A stretch of DNA of 63,700 nucleotides, the filler included, from Welwitschia mirabilis (taxonomy: Eukaryota), in NCBI GenBank assembly GCA_051453625.1. It is 5 parts of one record of this genome, joined end to end, with 100 filler letters (N's around TTAATTAATTAA, not from the genome) between each part and the next. Parts side by side here need not be neighbours in the genome. Positions count along the whole stretch, not along the records: positions 1 to 23,570 come from JBOZIK010000001.1; positions 23,671 to 51,384 come from JBOZIK010000001.1; 3 more parts are not named here. One strand, 5' to 3'. Made by a program: the position numbers and the translations under genes. The notes below the pieces were generated by a model. The model ran no database searches. It saw only the letters and a list, made by a program, of their open reading frames with translations, and was not told the DNA's origin. Of this stretch, positions 12,698-26,436 are shown piece after piece (position 1 is the first letter of the stretch; each line of letters begins with the position of its first letter).

Positions 12698-14600
12698 TCT
12701 TCTTCTTTTTCTTGAGATTCTTCTTTAGAATCTAGGTCTCATTCCTCTTTCTCTTCTTTGATTACCTTCTAAGCAAGCCTATCGACTTCCTCAGAATTGT
12801 CTGCTACCTTGTACCCAGCTATAATTAGAACCTCTTTTATGTGCTTGGTGGAAAAATCCAATCTCTTCAAGTATGAAAGAATCTCTTTAGGTGAGGCTTG
12901 TTTAGAAGAAGGAGACTTGGTAGATTTTTTAGATCCAACAAAAATATGCATGTGGGAGAAGATTGTATGCCCAATGGTAGACATTTGATTTAAAGATTCT
13001 AACTGTGGATGCAACTAGAATCTAAAGTAACAACAGATATTATAATCAAAACTAAGGAAGGAAGATCCCTAGTCTTATGATACTCTAACTGTGAAATCAT
13101 ATTTTTTAGCATAATGACAGGGGCATTGATAGAATGAATAGTTTTCACCAAATACAACAAATAAGTTCTATAGTTGGAGGTCTCATCACGATAACCCACC
13201 AAAGGTAAGAAATTACAANNNNNNNNNNNNNNNNNNNNNNNNNNNNNNNNNNNNNNNNNNNNNNNNNNNNNNNNNNNNNNNNNNNNNNNNNNNNNNNNNN
13301 NNNNNNNNNNNNNNNNNNNNNNNNNNNNNNNNNNNNNNNNNNNNNNNNNNNNNNNNNNNNNNNNNNNNNNNNNNNNNNNNNNNNNNNNNNNNNNNNNNNN
13401 NNNNNNNNNNNNNNNNNNNNNNNNNNNNNNNNNNNNNNNNNNNNNNNNNNNNNNNNNNNNNNNNNNNNNNNNNNNNNNNNNNNNNNNNNNNNNNNNNNNN
13501 NNNNNNNNNNNNNNNNNNNNNNNNNNNNNNNNNNNNNNNNNNNNNNNNNNNNNNNNNNNNNNNNNNNNNNNNNNNNNNNNNNNNNNNNNNNNNNNNNNNN
13601 NNNNNNNNNNNNNNNNNNNNNNNNNNNNNNNNNNNNNNNNNNNNNNNNNNNNNNNNNNNNNNNNNNNNNNNNNNNNNNNNNNNNNNNNNNNNNNNNNNNN
13701 NNNNNNNNNNNNNNNNNNNNNNNNNNNNNNNNNNNNNNNNNNNNNNNNNNNNNNNNNNNNNNNNNNNNNNNNNNNNNNNNNNNNNNNNNNNNNNNNNNNN
13801 NNNNNNNNNNNNNNNNNNNNNNNNNNNNNNNNNNNNNNNNNNNNNNNNNNNNNNNNNNNNNNNNNNNNNNNNNNNNNNNNNNNNNNNNNNNNNNNNNNNN
13901 NNNNNNNNNNNNNNNNNNNNNNNNNNNNNNNNNNNNNNNNNNNNNNNNNNNNNNNNNNNNNNNNNNNNNNNNNNNNNNNNNNNNNNNNNNNNNNNNNNNN
14001 NNNNNNNNNNNNNNNNNNNNNNNNNNNNNNNNNNNNNNNNNNNNNNNNNNNNNNNNNNNNNNNNNNNNNNNNNNNNNNNNNNNNNNNNNNNNNNNNNNNN
14101 NNNNNNNNNNNNNNNNNNNNNNNNNNNNNNNNNNNNNNNNNNNNNNNNNNNNNNNNNNNNNNNNNNNNNNNNNNNNNNNNNNNNNNNNNNNNNNNNNNNN
14201 NNNNNNNNGGGAGATTTTTGAGGGAGTAATGATATCTATAGTAACTCTAATCTTTCTTCCCAAAATAAGGGTTGTTAGGGTAAAAGAGTTAGCATTACAA
14301 TAAAACATGTAAGTGAGGAAAGGATAGGCTGACCCTGATACATTAAGAAATAAGATAAATCAAGCCCATTCAAGAGACTTGCCAATTTATAAGTTCCCTT
14401 AGCTCTCCAAAAGTAATAGGCCTTTCTTGGCAGATAAGTTTCTTCTCAAACTTCTTTGATAACCTGTCTAAGATCTCATCAAATATTCCATAGTAAAAAC
14501 ACCCTAGATCTTTGCTTGTTGACTTCTTTTGATGCCTTCTTGAGGGATCCTCTATTATTAAAATCGCATGACACTTCTTAAAGATAATAAAACTTGAGAG
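12698..14600 (-). pseudogene. Env-like/extra ORF remnant of the Sirevirus-like element
   Basis: Minus-strand FLNVSGSAYPFLTYMFYCNA (~14290-14350) resembles the YPxLVxEFYxN motif of plant retroelement extra ORFs. It lies upstream of the PPT. About 1 kb is N. Confidence 0.5.
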
Positions 14601-14899
14601 AGATAGCTAGATCTAAAGGAGATATGCAGACAGATGTGAATGAAAAAGGTTAGGGCTCCATATGATTTTATAAAGGGGATCGATCAAGTTGGATTTGAGA
14701 AAAAAATCGAGTCCACCACCTTAACTTCCACACTATAGCCTACGGGTCCACTGCATAAAATTAGATGAAAATATTAAACATTTATCATAAGAAATAAACT
14801 ACATAAAATAAAAAGAAAGAACATCACTAGAGCATAAATAAAATTATCAAAAGTAAGTGAAATAATATCATGATTATAGGATAAAGGAAAGAAAATTTA

Positions 14900-15080
14900 A
14901 AACTAAATAAGGCATAATAATTTTCAATCTAAATTTCAATAAGTTTAATCAAAAGTTTACTCAAAAATTTTTGGCCATTATAAAGTAATAAATGCATATA
15001 CCAAGGGAATAGTAGAAATAAATCTACTTAATTTAGAAGAGACATACATTATAAATGGATTTAGGTAAAAGATATATAAT
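14900..15080 (+). pseudogene. Athila integrase C-terminal remnant (probable continuation of 7078-10990)
   Basis: Reads GHYKVINAYTKGIVEI...TYIINGFR*KIY, similar to Athila GPFxVxxVxPYGAVEI...FKVNGQRLKxY. Confidence 0.6.
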
Positions 15081-16426
15081 AAGAAACTTCATTATTGACA
15101 AATATTAAAGATCCTCAAAGGGTCAAAAAGGTGATTATAATTCTTTAAAATAAATGATATTTGACCTTTTTATACTAAGGATTATAAGAAATTTAAATTA
15201 AAAGATAATGCTAACATAAGTTACAAGGATTAAGTATTTAATAAAGAAATAAATAATATTAATTAAATAACTAAGATTATTGCATAATTAAAAGGATTAA
15301 AGAAATTACAAAGGTTTTCCTTTTTTTAATGAAATCCTTGGATTATATAACACAAAAAAATTAATTATCTTTGAAAGATTTATTTTAAAACTTATCAAGG
15401 CTTTATGAATACTAAATATAAGTGTGTTTTTCTAAATAATTTGACCTTTTGTACCTTTTACATCCAATGATCAAAGAAATATTCTATTAAATGTTTTTAA
15501 TTCTTGTAAAGTTTAGATCTAACTTTATTATAACAATTCTAAAACTAAGCATGTTTAAATAACTTTAAATTAAAATGTTCTTGGTTTACGTGCTATATAT
15601 TACATTGATAAATAATTTATAACTAAACTACAAAATAGTTTTATGAAAATATTAAAAAAACCTAAATTTTAAATTAAGCAATAAAGTACAATGTCAATGA
15701 TAAAGAAAAGTGCAGTGGCAGACTTAATTTTAAGGGATTTCATTTAGATGTCAACACAGTGCTTTTAATTTAGTTCAAAAGCCATAATCTGATTTCTAAA
15801 AATGGATTTAGTTTCCTATTGCAGTAATGTAATTGTTCACTTCTTTAATTCTCGCTTGTTTAAGTGATAATATAAGAATGAATTTAAGCTAGGACTTAAA
15901 TCAAAATCAACTATAGTTGATATTTCAAGATTTAGAAGACATACAGCTCAAAAGCAATAATTCTAAAAAAATTTCCAAGAAAGAATCACCTTCTTGTGTT
16001 CTCTATTAAATAAACTTAAATATGCACCTTGTTTCAGATGTTTTGGTTCTTCCACAAGGTCCTTCATTCATCTCTGTATCTTTTTCCTTTTGTAGGTAGT
16101 CACAGTCTTCTTCTACCTTTACAAACTATCCTTGTAGCAAAGGAAAAACTTCATACACCTCCAATTCTCTGTCTCCTTTTGATCTTTACTTGTACTATGA
16201 TGTTGCCTCAAAATTTCTCCCTTTTCTTATTTCTGAATTAGAACTTTAAGCTCTTATGACTTGTATAAAATATCTCTTTTTTTAATCAACCACCATTTTC
16301 CTTGTACTTAGTATGAATTATCTTAAGTATAAGCCTTGAAACAGAATGCCTTTATTTCAAATTTGGTAGATGATTTGGTTGCCAAATGATCACATTCGAT
16401 TTCAAAGAAAAATAGAGAATTGTGAT

Positions 16427-16620
16427 TACCAGAATTTTGTGTTGAATATTATAATTAATTTCTAGAATATTTCTTTTCCTAATTCTAAGATTAGATTAAC
16501 TTAATTTTAAAATCTATAATATATTATTTTCTTTTATGTAAACTTCTCAAGCCTATAAGAAAGGGCTCATGTAATTGTTATCAAATCAATGGAAATACAG
16601 AATTCCCTTAGAAAATAACA
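16427..16620 (+). repeat. 5' LTR of the copia element
   Basis: Colinear with 21753-21946 and ends AAAATAACA directly before the PBS. Confidence 0.88.
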
Positions 16621-17566
16621 TCGTATCAAAGCCATTCTATCAATCTTATGATTCCATTCCTATATCATTGATTCTAGTTCCTATTCCACCCTAGACCTCT
16701 TTTGTTTCCTCCATCTAACACTACTTATTGCCATTGTAATGATACCATTCATCTACTCTCCCTTCTTCATGATCAATGCCTATCATATCCCACTCCTCAT
16801 ACTTTCTCTACTTTATTAAGATCTACTACTATCACTCACATTCTCTTCATAGCCCAAAGACACACACTTCATGCTTTTCGCTTTATTATAGATGCAAGTT
16901 AAGCCTACCATGCCATCAGAGTCATCAAACTTTGAGCCATCACAAGTGGATATCCAACCTGTAATTTCACTAACCAATGTAGCAATACCACTATAGGATC
17001 CCTCAGGATTAGGAATAGTATCACTATCAACAACGTTATTGGTGGAGATCCCATCGTTGCTAGTGATGCCACCTCCCACTGAAAGCCCATGCAGTAAGAA
17101 GTTACTTATGGTGATCCCTCCATTACAATCCTTACTGTTGCCACTATCACCCAAGGGAAAGAGCCCTTTGAAGGAAAAAAAGCCCATGAAAGAGATCTCT
17201 AAAGGTGAAAATGTCCACAAAAACTTCTACTATGTTTTTTGTATCAGTTCTTGCCTCACTTGCTTTCATCGTTACTTCTACCTTCCACTTATTTATCTTT
17301 ATTTGAATTTTAAATGATGGATCATTGCTTATTTTGAATTCATTCAATTAATCCATTATGTCCATTTTGCATATCGATTGTGTAACTACCCTTAGTCTAG
17401 TATGGTTTAGTCTATTTCTAAGTCTCAATGGCATTCACAATTATTGCTACTAACTTAATCCCTCTCTAGCTCTGCCAAACCATGTCAATCAAATTATTAT
17501 GTCTATTGTTGCATAGTAACTTTGTGACTATCCCTATTCTACTCTTTGAGTATGGATTCATTTTAA

Positions 17567-20500
17567 ATGAACAAATTTAAAATTATTAGGCATACTGCCA
17601 CAATTTTATATGGAACCAATTATAATTTATGGTCCTTAATACTAAAAATTTTCTTAATGGATGCAAAGTATGATGCAATTTTTACTAGTGCAGTTACTAC
17701 ACCAATTCAAGGAAAAGATGAATCTGCTACTAAATTTGCTGACATACTTGATGATTGGGATAGTAAAAATCATTAAATCATCACATGGTTTCACAATTTC
17801 TCTACACCATCCATTCACATTTAGTTTACTGATTATGACATCACTAAAGAAATCTGGCATTTTTTAGCAAATTAGTACTAGACTACCAGCTTGACACACC
17901 ACTATTAATTATGGACTCTCCTTTATAATATCAAATAGGTTCCTGATTAGTCTATGAATGAATTTCTTACTCAGGTTCATCCTATCTAGAATTAATTATC
18001 TTAGGCCAAAATTAGTGAATATTATCTGCATCTCATTCAAATCTTAATGGCACTTCAACCAGAATATGAGGCTATCAGATCTATTTTATTACATCATAAT
18101 CCATTTCCTATCTTGTATGCTGCTATTCAAGAAATCATTTTTGAGGAGATGCATTTTAATTAGGGTAAAACCTCTCAGTCTAAAGCAGCTCTTACTACCA
18201 CTTATTCTAGATCATCTAATCAGAGATCTAAAGCTTTTTCATGTAAGAATTATAATCAAAATGATTATAGTCTTGCTAATTATCCTATTGTAGAATTTAG
18301 ATATTATCATAGACTTGGGCATATCCTACAGCATTGTCCTACTCAATCTCCTTGACCACATGATGGATTTTCCAAATCTTATGCCATCTTAAAGCCTAAC
18401 ACTTTCCATGTTGTTGCTATTATTACTAAGGATTCTACTTTACTTCCACTACAACATGAGATATTGAGGCTCTTCTTAAATAATTCATTGCTTTCAATTC
18501 TTCATCTACCATGTCTGGTACCTTAAGTAACTCTTCTAGGCTCTTTGGCTTTGCATGTTATAATCACATAACTACTAACCCTGATATCTTATCTCAAAAA
18601 ATACCAGTTACATCCTGGTCACCTATACATATAGCTAATAATATGAAAATACTTATCACTCATACTAGTTATGCCTATACCCCCTCATCTTAGTCTTTCT
18701 GATATTTATTATGTTCTAAACTTAACTTTAAACCTTATTTCTATTGGAAAACTATATGAACAAGTACTAAATATTGTCTTTTCTCATTTTTATTATTAGG
18801 TTGAAGATCCATAGATAGGCTAGATTCTTAGGATGGATTACAAAGTGGGAAGATTATTTGAGCTCCATTCTTTATGTCTTCCTCAGAGACTTATCTCTGT
18901 AGCTATCACAACCTTGTCTATCTATCAGTGATACCTTCATCTTAGTTACGGCTATGTTAGTAAACTTTAATATTTACTTTCTCATGATTTATTAGGTTTT
19001 ACTAAATTTTAGTCTTTTCATTGTATTCATTGCCAACTTGGCAAACAATTAGTTATGTCTTTTATTACTAGTAATTCTATTTTAAATATTCCATGTGCAC
19101 TTATTCACTTTAATATTTGAAACCCTTTTCCTATTACTTCAATGAATGGTTATCATCACTTTGTAATATTCATTAATAATTTTTTTCATTTACTTGGATA
19201 TACTTTTTGAAATATTGGTCTAAGTTATCTTAAGTTTACATTAATCTTACCTTGATGATTAAAATTTAGTTTTTTCATAAAATTAAAATTATTTACACTA
19301 ACAATGTCATGGAATTTAAGAAATTCTCTTTGATTTGCTTTCTCAATCAATGGGGTATTATTGTCCAGTGGTCTTGTTCTGGTACCCCTCAATAAAATGA
19401 ATGGATGAATCATAAACATTGTTATATCCTAACTCTATTCACAATCTTCTTACTTCATTCCCTAAATAATTCTGAAAAGAAGAAACTCTCACTACTATCT
19501 TTACCATCAATCATAACCCTACCTTGGTTTTTAATAATCTCTCTTCTTATGAAAAACTATTCAATAGATCACATGTTTACTCACTGCTTAAACTTTTTGA
19601 ATGTACTTGTTTTTGTCCTTTTTCAACCTCATAAACATATCAAATTAGAAAATCATGTTCATTTATGTTGTCTTTTAGGTTATGGAATAGAGCATAAAGG
19701 GTATAGATGTTAGGATTCTGTCTTAAACTATCTTTGTATTTCTAGACATGTTGCTTTCTAAGAAAATACAATGTTTTCTTTCCTCTCCAAATTTTATCAA
19801 TCTGTTACCACTTCATATCTATTTTTTATAGATCTTTCTATTGAATTGTTTCCTAATTCAAATACAGATTCAACACCAAAGCTCAATAATAATTCTCCTT
19901 TCTCTCTATCATCTCTTATTGAAAATGCTCTATGTGTGGATCCTACACCTATATTCATCCTTCATCGAAGCACCTAGGTAAGAGAAACTTTCCATCATCT
20001 CTCTAATTATCATTGCTACTCAACTATTGTAACCTTACATAAGCGTCACACTTATTGTAAGGCTAGCACTAATCCTCTCTGAGAGTAAGCAATGCATGAA
20101 GAACTTCAAGCTTTAGAATAAACATGTACTTGGGAGTTAGTTGACCTTTCTTTAGGTAAGACTTTAATCATGTGAAAATGGATTTATAAAATTGAAACCC
20201 ATTTTGATGGCTCTGTTGATTATTATAAAGTGTGCTTAGTTGCAAAAGGCTAAACTTAATAATATGAAATAGACTATGAAAAAACCTTTGCTTTAGGAGC
20301 TTGGTTGACCTCTCTGCATAGTCTATTAGCCATTTTTATTGTTAGATAGTAGTAGCTTCTATAGATGGATGTCAAAAATGCCTTTCTTAATGGTGATTTA
20401 TAAAGATAAAGTATACATGATTCTTCCTCTTTGTTATGCTCATTCTTTAAACAAAGTCTATAAGCTTCAACAAGCCTTGTATGGTTTGAAGCAAGCACCT

Positions 20501-21740
20501 CAAGCATGGCTTGCAAACTTTAGTGCTACTATTATTAAATTTGACTTTGTCTTTTATCCTCATGATTCTACTTTATTCACCCATTGCACTAATCATGGTA
20601 TTATTATTTTTTTACTATATGTTGACAATATGATCATTACTAAAGATGATATATCTAGCATTTCTAAATTATAATAGTACCTGTATCAGCATTTTGAAAT
20701 GAAAGATCTTGAATATCTTAACTATTTCTTAGGTTTTGAAGTTTTTCAAAATTTTGATGAATATTATCTATCCCAAGCTAAATATTCTTCTAATCTACTT
20801 TCTTAGGATAGGTTCACAGATAGTAAAAATGTATCCACTTCTTTCAAACTTAACATTCAATTGATTCCATTGAATGGTATCCCCTTAGATGATTCTATAC
20901 TATATAGACAACTTATTAGGAGTCTTGTATACCTTACTATTACTTAACCTGATATTGCTTATGCCATTCACTTGGTCAGCCATTTCATGAGTGTACCTCA
21001 CTCATCTCACTTTACTGCTATACTTAGGATTCTTTGCTCTGTAAAGGAGACTCATTTTCATGATCTATACTTCTCTTCTCATACCTCTTTAGTCTTATCT
21101 AGTTACTCTGATATTAATTAGACTGGTGATTCCACTAATCATAGATCTACTACTTGGTATTTCTTCTTCTTAGATNNNNNNNNNNNNNNNNNNNNNNNNN
21201 NNNNNNNNNNNNNNNNNNNNNNNNNNNNNNNNNNNNNNNNNNNNNNNNNNNNNNNNNNNNNNNNNNNNNNNNNNNCTCTGATATTAATTTGACTGGTGAT
21301 TCCACTAATCATAGATCTACTACTTGGTATTTCTTCGTCTTAGATGATTCTCTAATCTCATGGCATAACAAGAAGAAAATAGTCACAACTCACTCTAGTA
21401 CTGAATTAAAATATCATGCCCTTGTTGATGCTACCTCTAAATTACTATGGCTTTATTGGTTATTAATAGATATAAGTGTTCCACAATCTTCTACACTACT
21501 CTCAACTATGACAATAGAAGTTCCATTTAAAATGCTCACAAAGATGTCTTTCACAAATGTACCAAATACATTGAGATTAATTATTATCTTATTCATAATA
21601 ATATAACTCAAGGCACTCTACATTTCATATCTATCTCCTCTACCAACTAAACTACTGATATGTTCACTAAGATACATCTACCCAATCACTTTCATGAATT
21701 ACTGAATAAACTCAAATTAGTATCTACAATTCCACCTTGA
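17567..21740 (+). pseudogene. Copia gag-pol pseudogene
   Basis: Gag ILYGTNYNLWSLILKIFL; integrase CCLLGYGIEHKGYRC; RT KLQQALYGLKQAPQAW and LLYVDNMII; RNase H DDSLISWHNKKK...SSTELKY; ends KLKLVSTIPP*. Many stops. Confidence 0.9.
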
Positions 21741-21752
21741 GTTTGAAGGGGG

Positions 21753-21946
21753 TGTTATAATTTTGTGTTAAGTATTCTAATTGATTTATAAAATATTTAT
21801 TTATCTAATTCTATGATTAGATTAACTTGATTTTAGAATCTAAAATATATTGTTTTCTTTTATATAAACTTTACAAGCCTATAATAAAGGGCTCTTGTAA
21901 TTGTTATCAAATTAATGGAAATATAGAATTCCCTCATAAAATAATT
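21753..21946 (+). repeat. 3' LTR of the copia element
   Basis: Starts TGTTATAA immediately after the PPT and matches 16427-16620. Confidence 0.88.
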
Positions 21947-21986
21947 ATGATTGATCTCTATTATCTTGCATGCTTAGATTGAAATA

Positions 21987-22071
21987 CATATATGTAAAGG
22001 TAAATTGTTGATGCTACATTTTGGGTATCCATACATGTAAAGGTAAATTGTTAATGCTACATTTCTGGGTA
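21987..22071. repeat. ~43-bp direct tandem duplication
   Basis: CATAYATGTAAAGGTAAATTGTTRATGCTACATTT...GGGTA occurs twice. Confidence 0.85.
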
Positions 22072-23614
22072 GTAATCTTCCTTTTATATTATTTAGTATT
22101 AATCTTGAGCTATGCCTAGAGTATAGCTCTTATAACTATCTTTGAACTTAGAATGTAACACAGAGAAAGAAGATATGGCATCTAATTTTGAGATACAATA
22201 TGCTAATAAACCAAGAAAATCATCAAGGCATTCATCTAAACCCTTTACCACATTATACTTAGATGGAGCAGATCGAGAGAGCACTTTTGGTGTAAAACAC
22301 AATTACAAGTGGTTTAAAACTTGATTTCATTTATTTTATCAACATTTTTACTAATGAAAAGGTTTTGGCATTTCATGATTTATTATCTATAGCATTCTAT
22401 TTTCAAGTTTTTCTTTAATATTCATATCCTTTAGTCCTTTCAATATTTATTATATGCTACATTCTATTTTGAGGCTTTTCTTCAATTTTTATAATAGTAA
22501 TTTTTTTTTTTCAAAATGCTAGAAATATAGAGTTCTTATCATTTTTAATTTCTAACATAAAAAATGTCCTTAATTTTTTGTTTTAGATTGTTTTAGTTAA
22601 TGCTTTTTCTTATATGATCATAAAACCAAAATTACTCTTTGCTTTACAAGTGCAAATTCCACTCTCAACTTGACATCTTCTTATTAAGGAACATTTTCAT
22701 AGTGATATGTACCTTCAAATTTGTTAAAATTACATAGTTTATTTTTTTAATTTATGTGATCTAAAGTGATCCAGAAATCTAAAATCCGCTAATTAAAAAA
22801 ATTCTTTATGATCCACTTCGATCCATATAACTATTTACCACATAGCATTTTTTGTAAATATCTTATGCAAATAGGGGAATCCTTTAAAAAAAATTCAATC
22901 TAAAACATGTGTGCCTATAGTTAGAGATTAAAAAAATAAATGCTAAGATGTGTTTTTACAAAGTTTCTAGATAGTGCTTTGCATCACCATTAAAAATTCA
23001 ATAGATCTAAATAATTTGTAGGTATTTTATTGTGCACAATATTCAGTCTCTGCATTGTTCTTATACTTATTTAATGTTTCATGTTCTATTTCCTTTTATA
23101 TTTTTCATTTCCAGCTTTTAAACTCAAAAATCCCATATAGAAAGCATTTAATATTATAGGCAAATGATCTGATGAAGCCACATATTGTACCAAAATTCTA
23201 CAAGACTCTACACGAATATACTTAATACCATCTTTAATATGAAGATAACATTTTTGAATCTAAGGAAGATTACTATTTGCACACTGCTTATTAGAGGCCA
23301 ATAAGTCAAACCAAGTAGGAGAGTTTCTTGATTTATAATTTATAGAAATAATTTTAAAAAATTAAAAACTGGCTTTTCATTTTTTTCGAGAGGGAGAAAT
23401 TTTGAGAACATGATGCTTGTGACTTCTTGATTCCCTTTGAACTAGATAAGTGATTAGCCTTTGTTAATTCTTTTCTTCTTATTAAATTTATTGATCTTGG
23501 TGTCCTTCTCTTACTAGTGATGGTCTCTTTATGGTCCTTTTTTTATCTAAAAATCTTGTTTTAACAGGAGNNNNNNNNNNNNNNNNNNNNNNNNNNNNNN
23601 NNNNNNNNNNNNNN

Positions 23615-23626
23615 TTAATTAATTAA
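23615..23626. other. Artificial contig linker TTAATTAATTAA (also 51429-51440, 55374-55385, 61339-61350)
   Basis: The identical 12-mer, which gives stops in all six frames, is centred in 44N+12+44N blocks four times. Confidence 0.95.
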
Positions 23627-23690
23627 NNNNNNNNNNNNNNNNNNNNNNNNNNNNNNNNNNNNNNNNNNNNATGACATCTCCAGAACCAGT

Positions 23691-24499
23691 CGATAAATAG
23701 TTTGTATGAAGATCATAAGCAGTAAACTAAAAGCTAAATAGATAATTCATTGTCAATCCTCGTCATCTCCTCCATCGTCAGGATGATCAAAAGGATGACA
23801 CTATTCTTTCATAGTTTTACAGAATGTATTCCTGATTTGTCACTTGTTATTTATGACTTTTCCTTGCATGTTAGCTAGAGTTTCTACTTTATCTTTTTGT
23901 CAGTTTCCTTTCCCTTTCTATCTATAAATAAAGGTCNNNNNNNNNNNNNNNNNNNNNNNNNNNNNNNNNNNNNNNNNNNNNNNNNNNNNNNNNNNNNNNN
24001 NNNNNNNNNNNNNNNNNNNNNNNNNNNNNNNNNNNNNNNNNNNNNNNNNNNNNNNNNNNNNNNNNNNNNNNNNNNNNNNNNNNNNNNNNNNNNNNNNNNN
24101 NNNTAATATGAATTACTCTTTTTGTTAATAATTGTAGGAACTTATCCCTCATAGTTTATGTTGTTCTAGATTCATGATAGATTTCTTTAATTATGTAGAT
24201 TATGAGGGCAGCCTTTGTTAAGGTTGAGCTTAATTAGATTAGGTGCATCATTGCTTACTTTTTTAGATTAGTTTTCATCAGCATCTTTTATTTTCATGCA
24301 TTGCAATTTAATTTAATAGATTAAGGTTACATATTTATTTCTTGAAATTAACTCTTTATTGTCCATACCATTGGCTTTCGATGAAATTATGACATTCAGA
24401 TCACTCCGTCTATACTAGTGTGTTGTATTTTGCATCTTATTTATAATTAACAGGACTGATATCGAAAAGTGAAACATAGCATAAATATGCACCCCAACA
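23691..24499 (+). mobile_element. 3' part of an Athila-family LTR abutting an integrase remnant
   Basis: Ends GCATAAATATGCACCCCAACA, the same terminus as 59528-59545. It is followed by integrase codons rather than a PBS. Confidence 0.6.
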
Positions 24500-25080
24500 T
24501 TGCAATACCTTATGACCTACAAATAAGTGATTAATTTTAGGTTATGAATAGAAAACTTAAGAAAATCCTTCAAAAAGTAGTAAACTCGACATGAAAGGAT
24601 TGGTCTTTCAAGCTTAATGATGTCTTATGGGCATACCACACTGCTTATAAAACACCCTTAGGGATGTTATCTTTTTTATTAGTCTATAGTAAAGCATGTT
24701 ATTTACCTATGAAACTTAAGCATAGGGCTTATGGGCAATCAAAAAGATGACCTTAAACTTAGAGGTTGCAAAACAAAATAGGACCATACAACTCAATGAA
24801 CTGAATGAAATTAGAAATAATGCCTATGATAACATGAGCATAACTAAGAATAGGATGAAGATGTTATATGATTAACATATTCTTAAAGAATCTTTTCAAG
24901 ATGAAGGACTAGTCTTACTATATAACTTACGCTTGCATCTTTTTTAAGGCAAACTAGTGGCTAAGTGGAAAGGACCCTTCTTAATAAAAAATGTTTTACC
25001 ACATGGAGTTATTCTCTTTGAAAATTCCAAAAATAATCAACTACTTAAAGTTAATGAATATTGTCTGAAACATTATTACT
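24500..25080 (+). pseudogene. Athila integrase (core end and C-terminus) remnant
   Basis: Reads [39 protein letters not shown], then KWKGPFLIKNVLPHG...LKVNEYCLKHY. Confidence 0.88.
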
Positions 25081-26436
25081 CATTTCACTACCCATTTGAA
25101 CCTTGTCATTCACTAAATCCCTTGTCAAATCACTCCACTAAATCCATAAACCGTCTACTCAAACCATCAACCCATGAGTTTTTAAGACTTAGTAACCAGG
25201 TTAAAAGCCCCTAAAACAAAAATCAATAATAAACAATCATGTTATAACCTAAGTAATGGCTAAGATCCAGATTATTTATGTGTTTTTAAGGGAAAGAATG
25301 CTTATTTCAAGTAGGTTAGTTAAGAATGCATTCACTTAGAATCTTCAATATCAATAAAACTTAGTTGAAAAGGTGGAATTTATGTTTATATGTAATCTTT
25401 AAGTAAAAAGTTTTTAATGGGGACAATATTTGTCTTAACTTGACTATTGAGCCAATGACCCCCTAAAAGTATGTAAAACAATGACTATGGAAAGATGAAA
25501 AAAGAAAATAACATATTCTTCTTCAAAAACACATAACATTAATCACTTTATTAGGTGTATTTAACTACATTAGGGCTATGAACACCTACTGGTAATGCAA
25601 CTCTAGTGATCTAATTATGGCATTTTCAACTGCATCAGGGCTATAAATGCTCACTGGTAATGTAGCACTAATTTCTACGTAATACAACATGCATAATTTA
25701 TTGGTAGAAAATGTCGTAATACTAGATGCCCAATGTGATTCAAAGGAATAATACTAAGGATATATGTAAAGGAAGAAATGGAAAATAAAGGAATGGAAAT
25801 GTGGAAAGTGGATAGCTTATGTGAACTATTTTCTCCTAACTTGCATACTTAGGATTTGCATTGATTTCTTAGATCTCTATAGGTTACTTAGTTACAAGTT
25901 AACTTGATTAATAACACAGTCCACTAAAAAAAATAAAAATATAATAAAGATCTAATAATTCAGGATATTTCACTCATTTATTCATTAGTTTTTGGTTTCA
26001 CTCCATTCATGCATTTTTCATCTCATCACTTCACTACATTCCACTTCATATCATTTTCATGAGAAATAACTCCTAAGGAATTAGCTATTTTTACAAATAG
26101 TTTTTTCACTTAGCACATATTTGGTTGTAAATAGCTTATCTTTTTCCTTAGCTTAATTTGCATTATTTCAATAAAAGAACTCTTCATGATCTCTATTCCT
26201 ATGTTCTTAAATAACATAATAACTTCACCCTAAACTTTGAGGACAAATTTGAGTTTTGATTGGGGGTATTACATCTCAATTTTCACTAATCCTTAATTAC
26301 ATAAACTGGTCATAAAATTTTTCAACTTATATCATTTGCATACTTGATGCACTTTTGACATAGATAAGTTTTCCATGTTTAACCATTTTTTAATTGATTT
26401 TTTGCTAAGGCACTAGAAAAAGACTATTAGAAAATG

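Larger units (their letters stand above)
16427..21946 (+). mobile_element. Full-length decayed Ty1/copia element, short LTRs (Ale-like), ~5.5 kb
   Basis: Two 194-bp LTRs at 16427-16620 and 21753-21946. PBS TCGTATCAAAGCC at 16621 (tRNA-Met type). PPT TTGAAGGGGG at 21743-21752. TSD GTGAT (16422-16426) vs ATGAT (21947-21951), 4/5 match. Confidence 0.9.

Noticed and set aside
13145-14308. Long ORFs in the track (e.g. 13145, 38698, 49358, 56493, 62153)
   Set aside because: They consist almost entirely of X residues from N runs.
23615-23626. Palindromic TTAATTAATTAA recurring four times (also 51429, 55374, 61339)
   Set aside because: It is always centred in a 100-bp N block, so it is an artificial contig linker. 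Adjacency across these points is not reliable.
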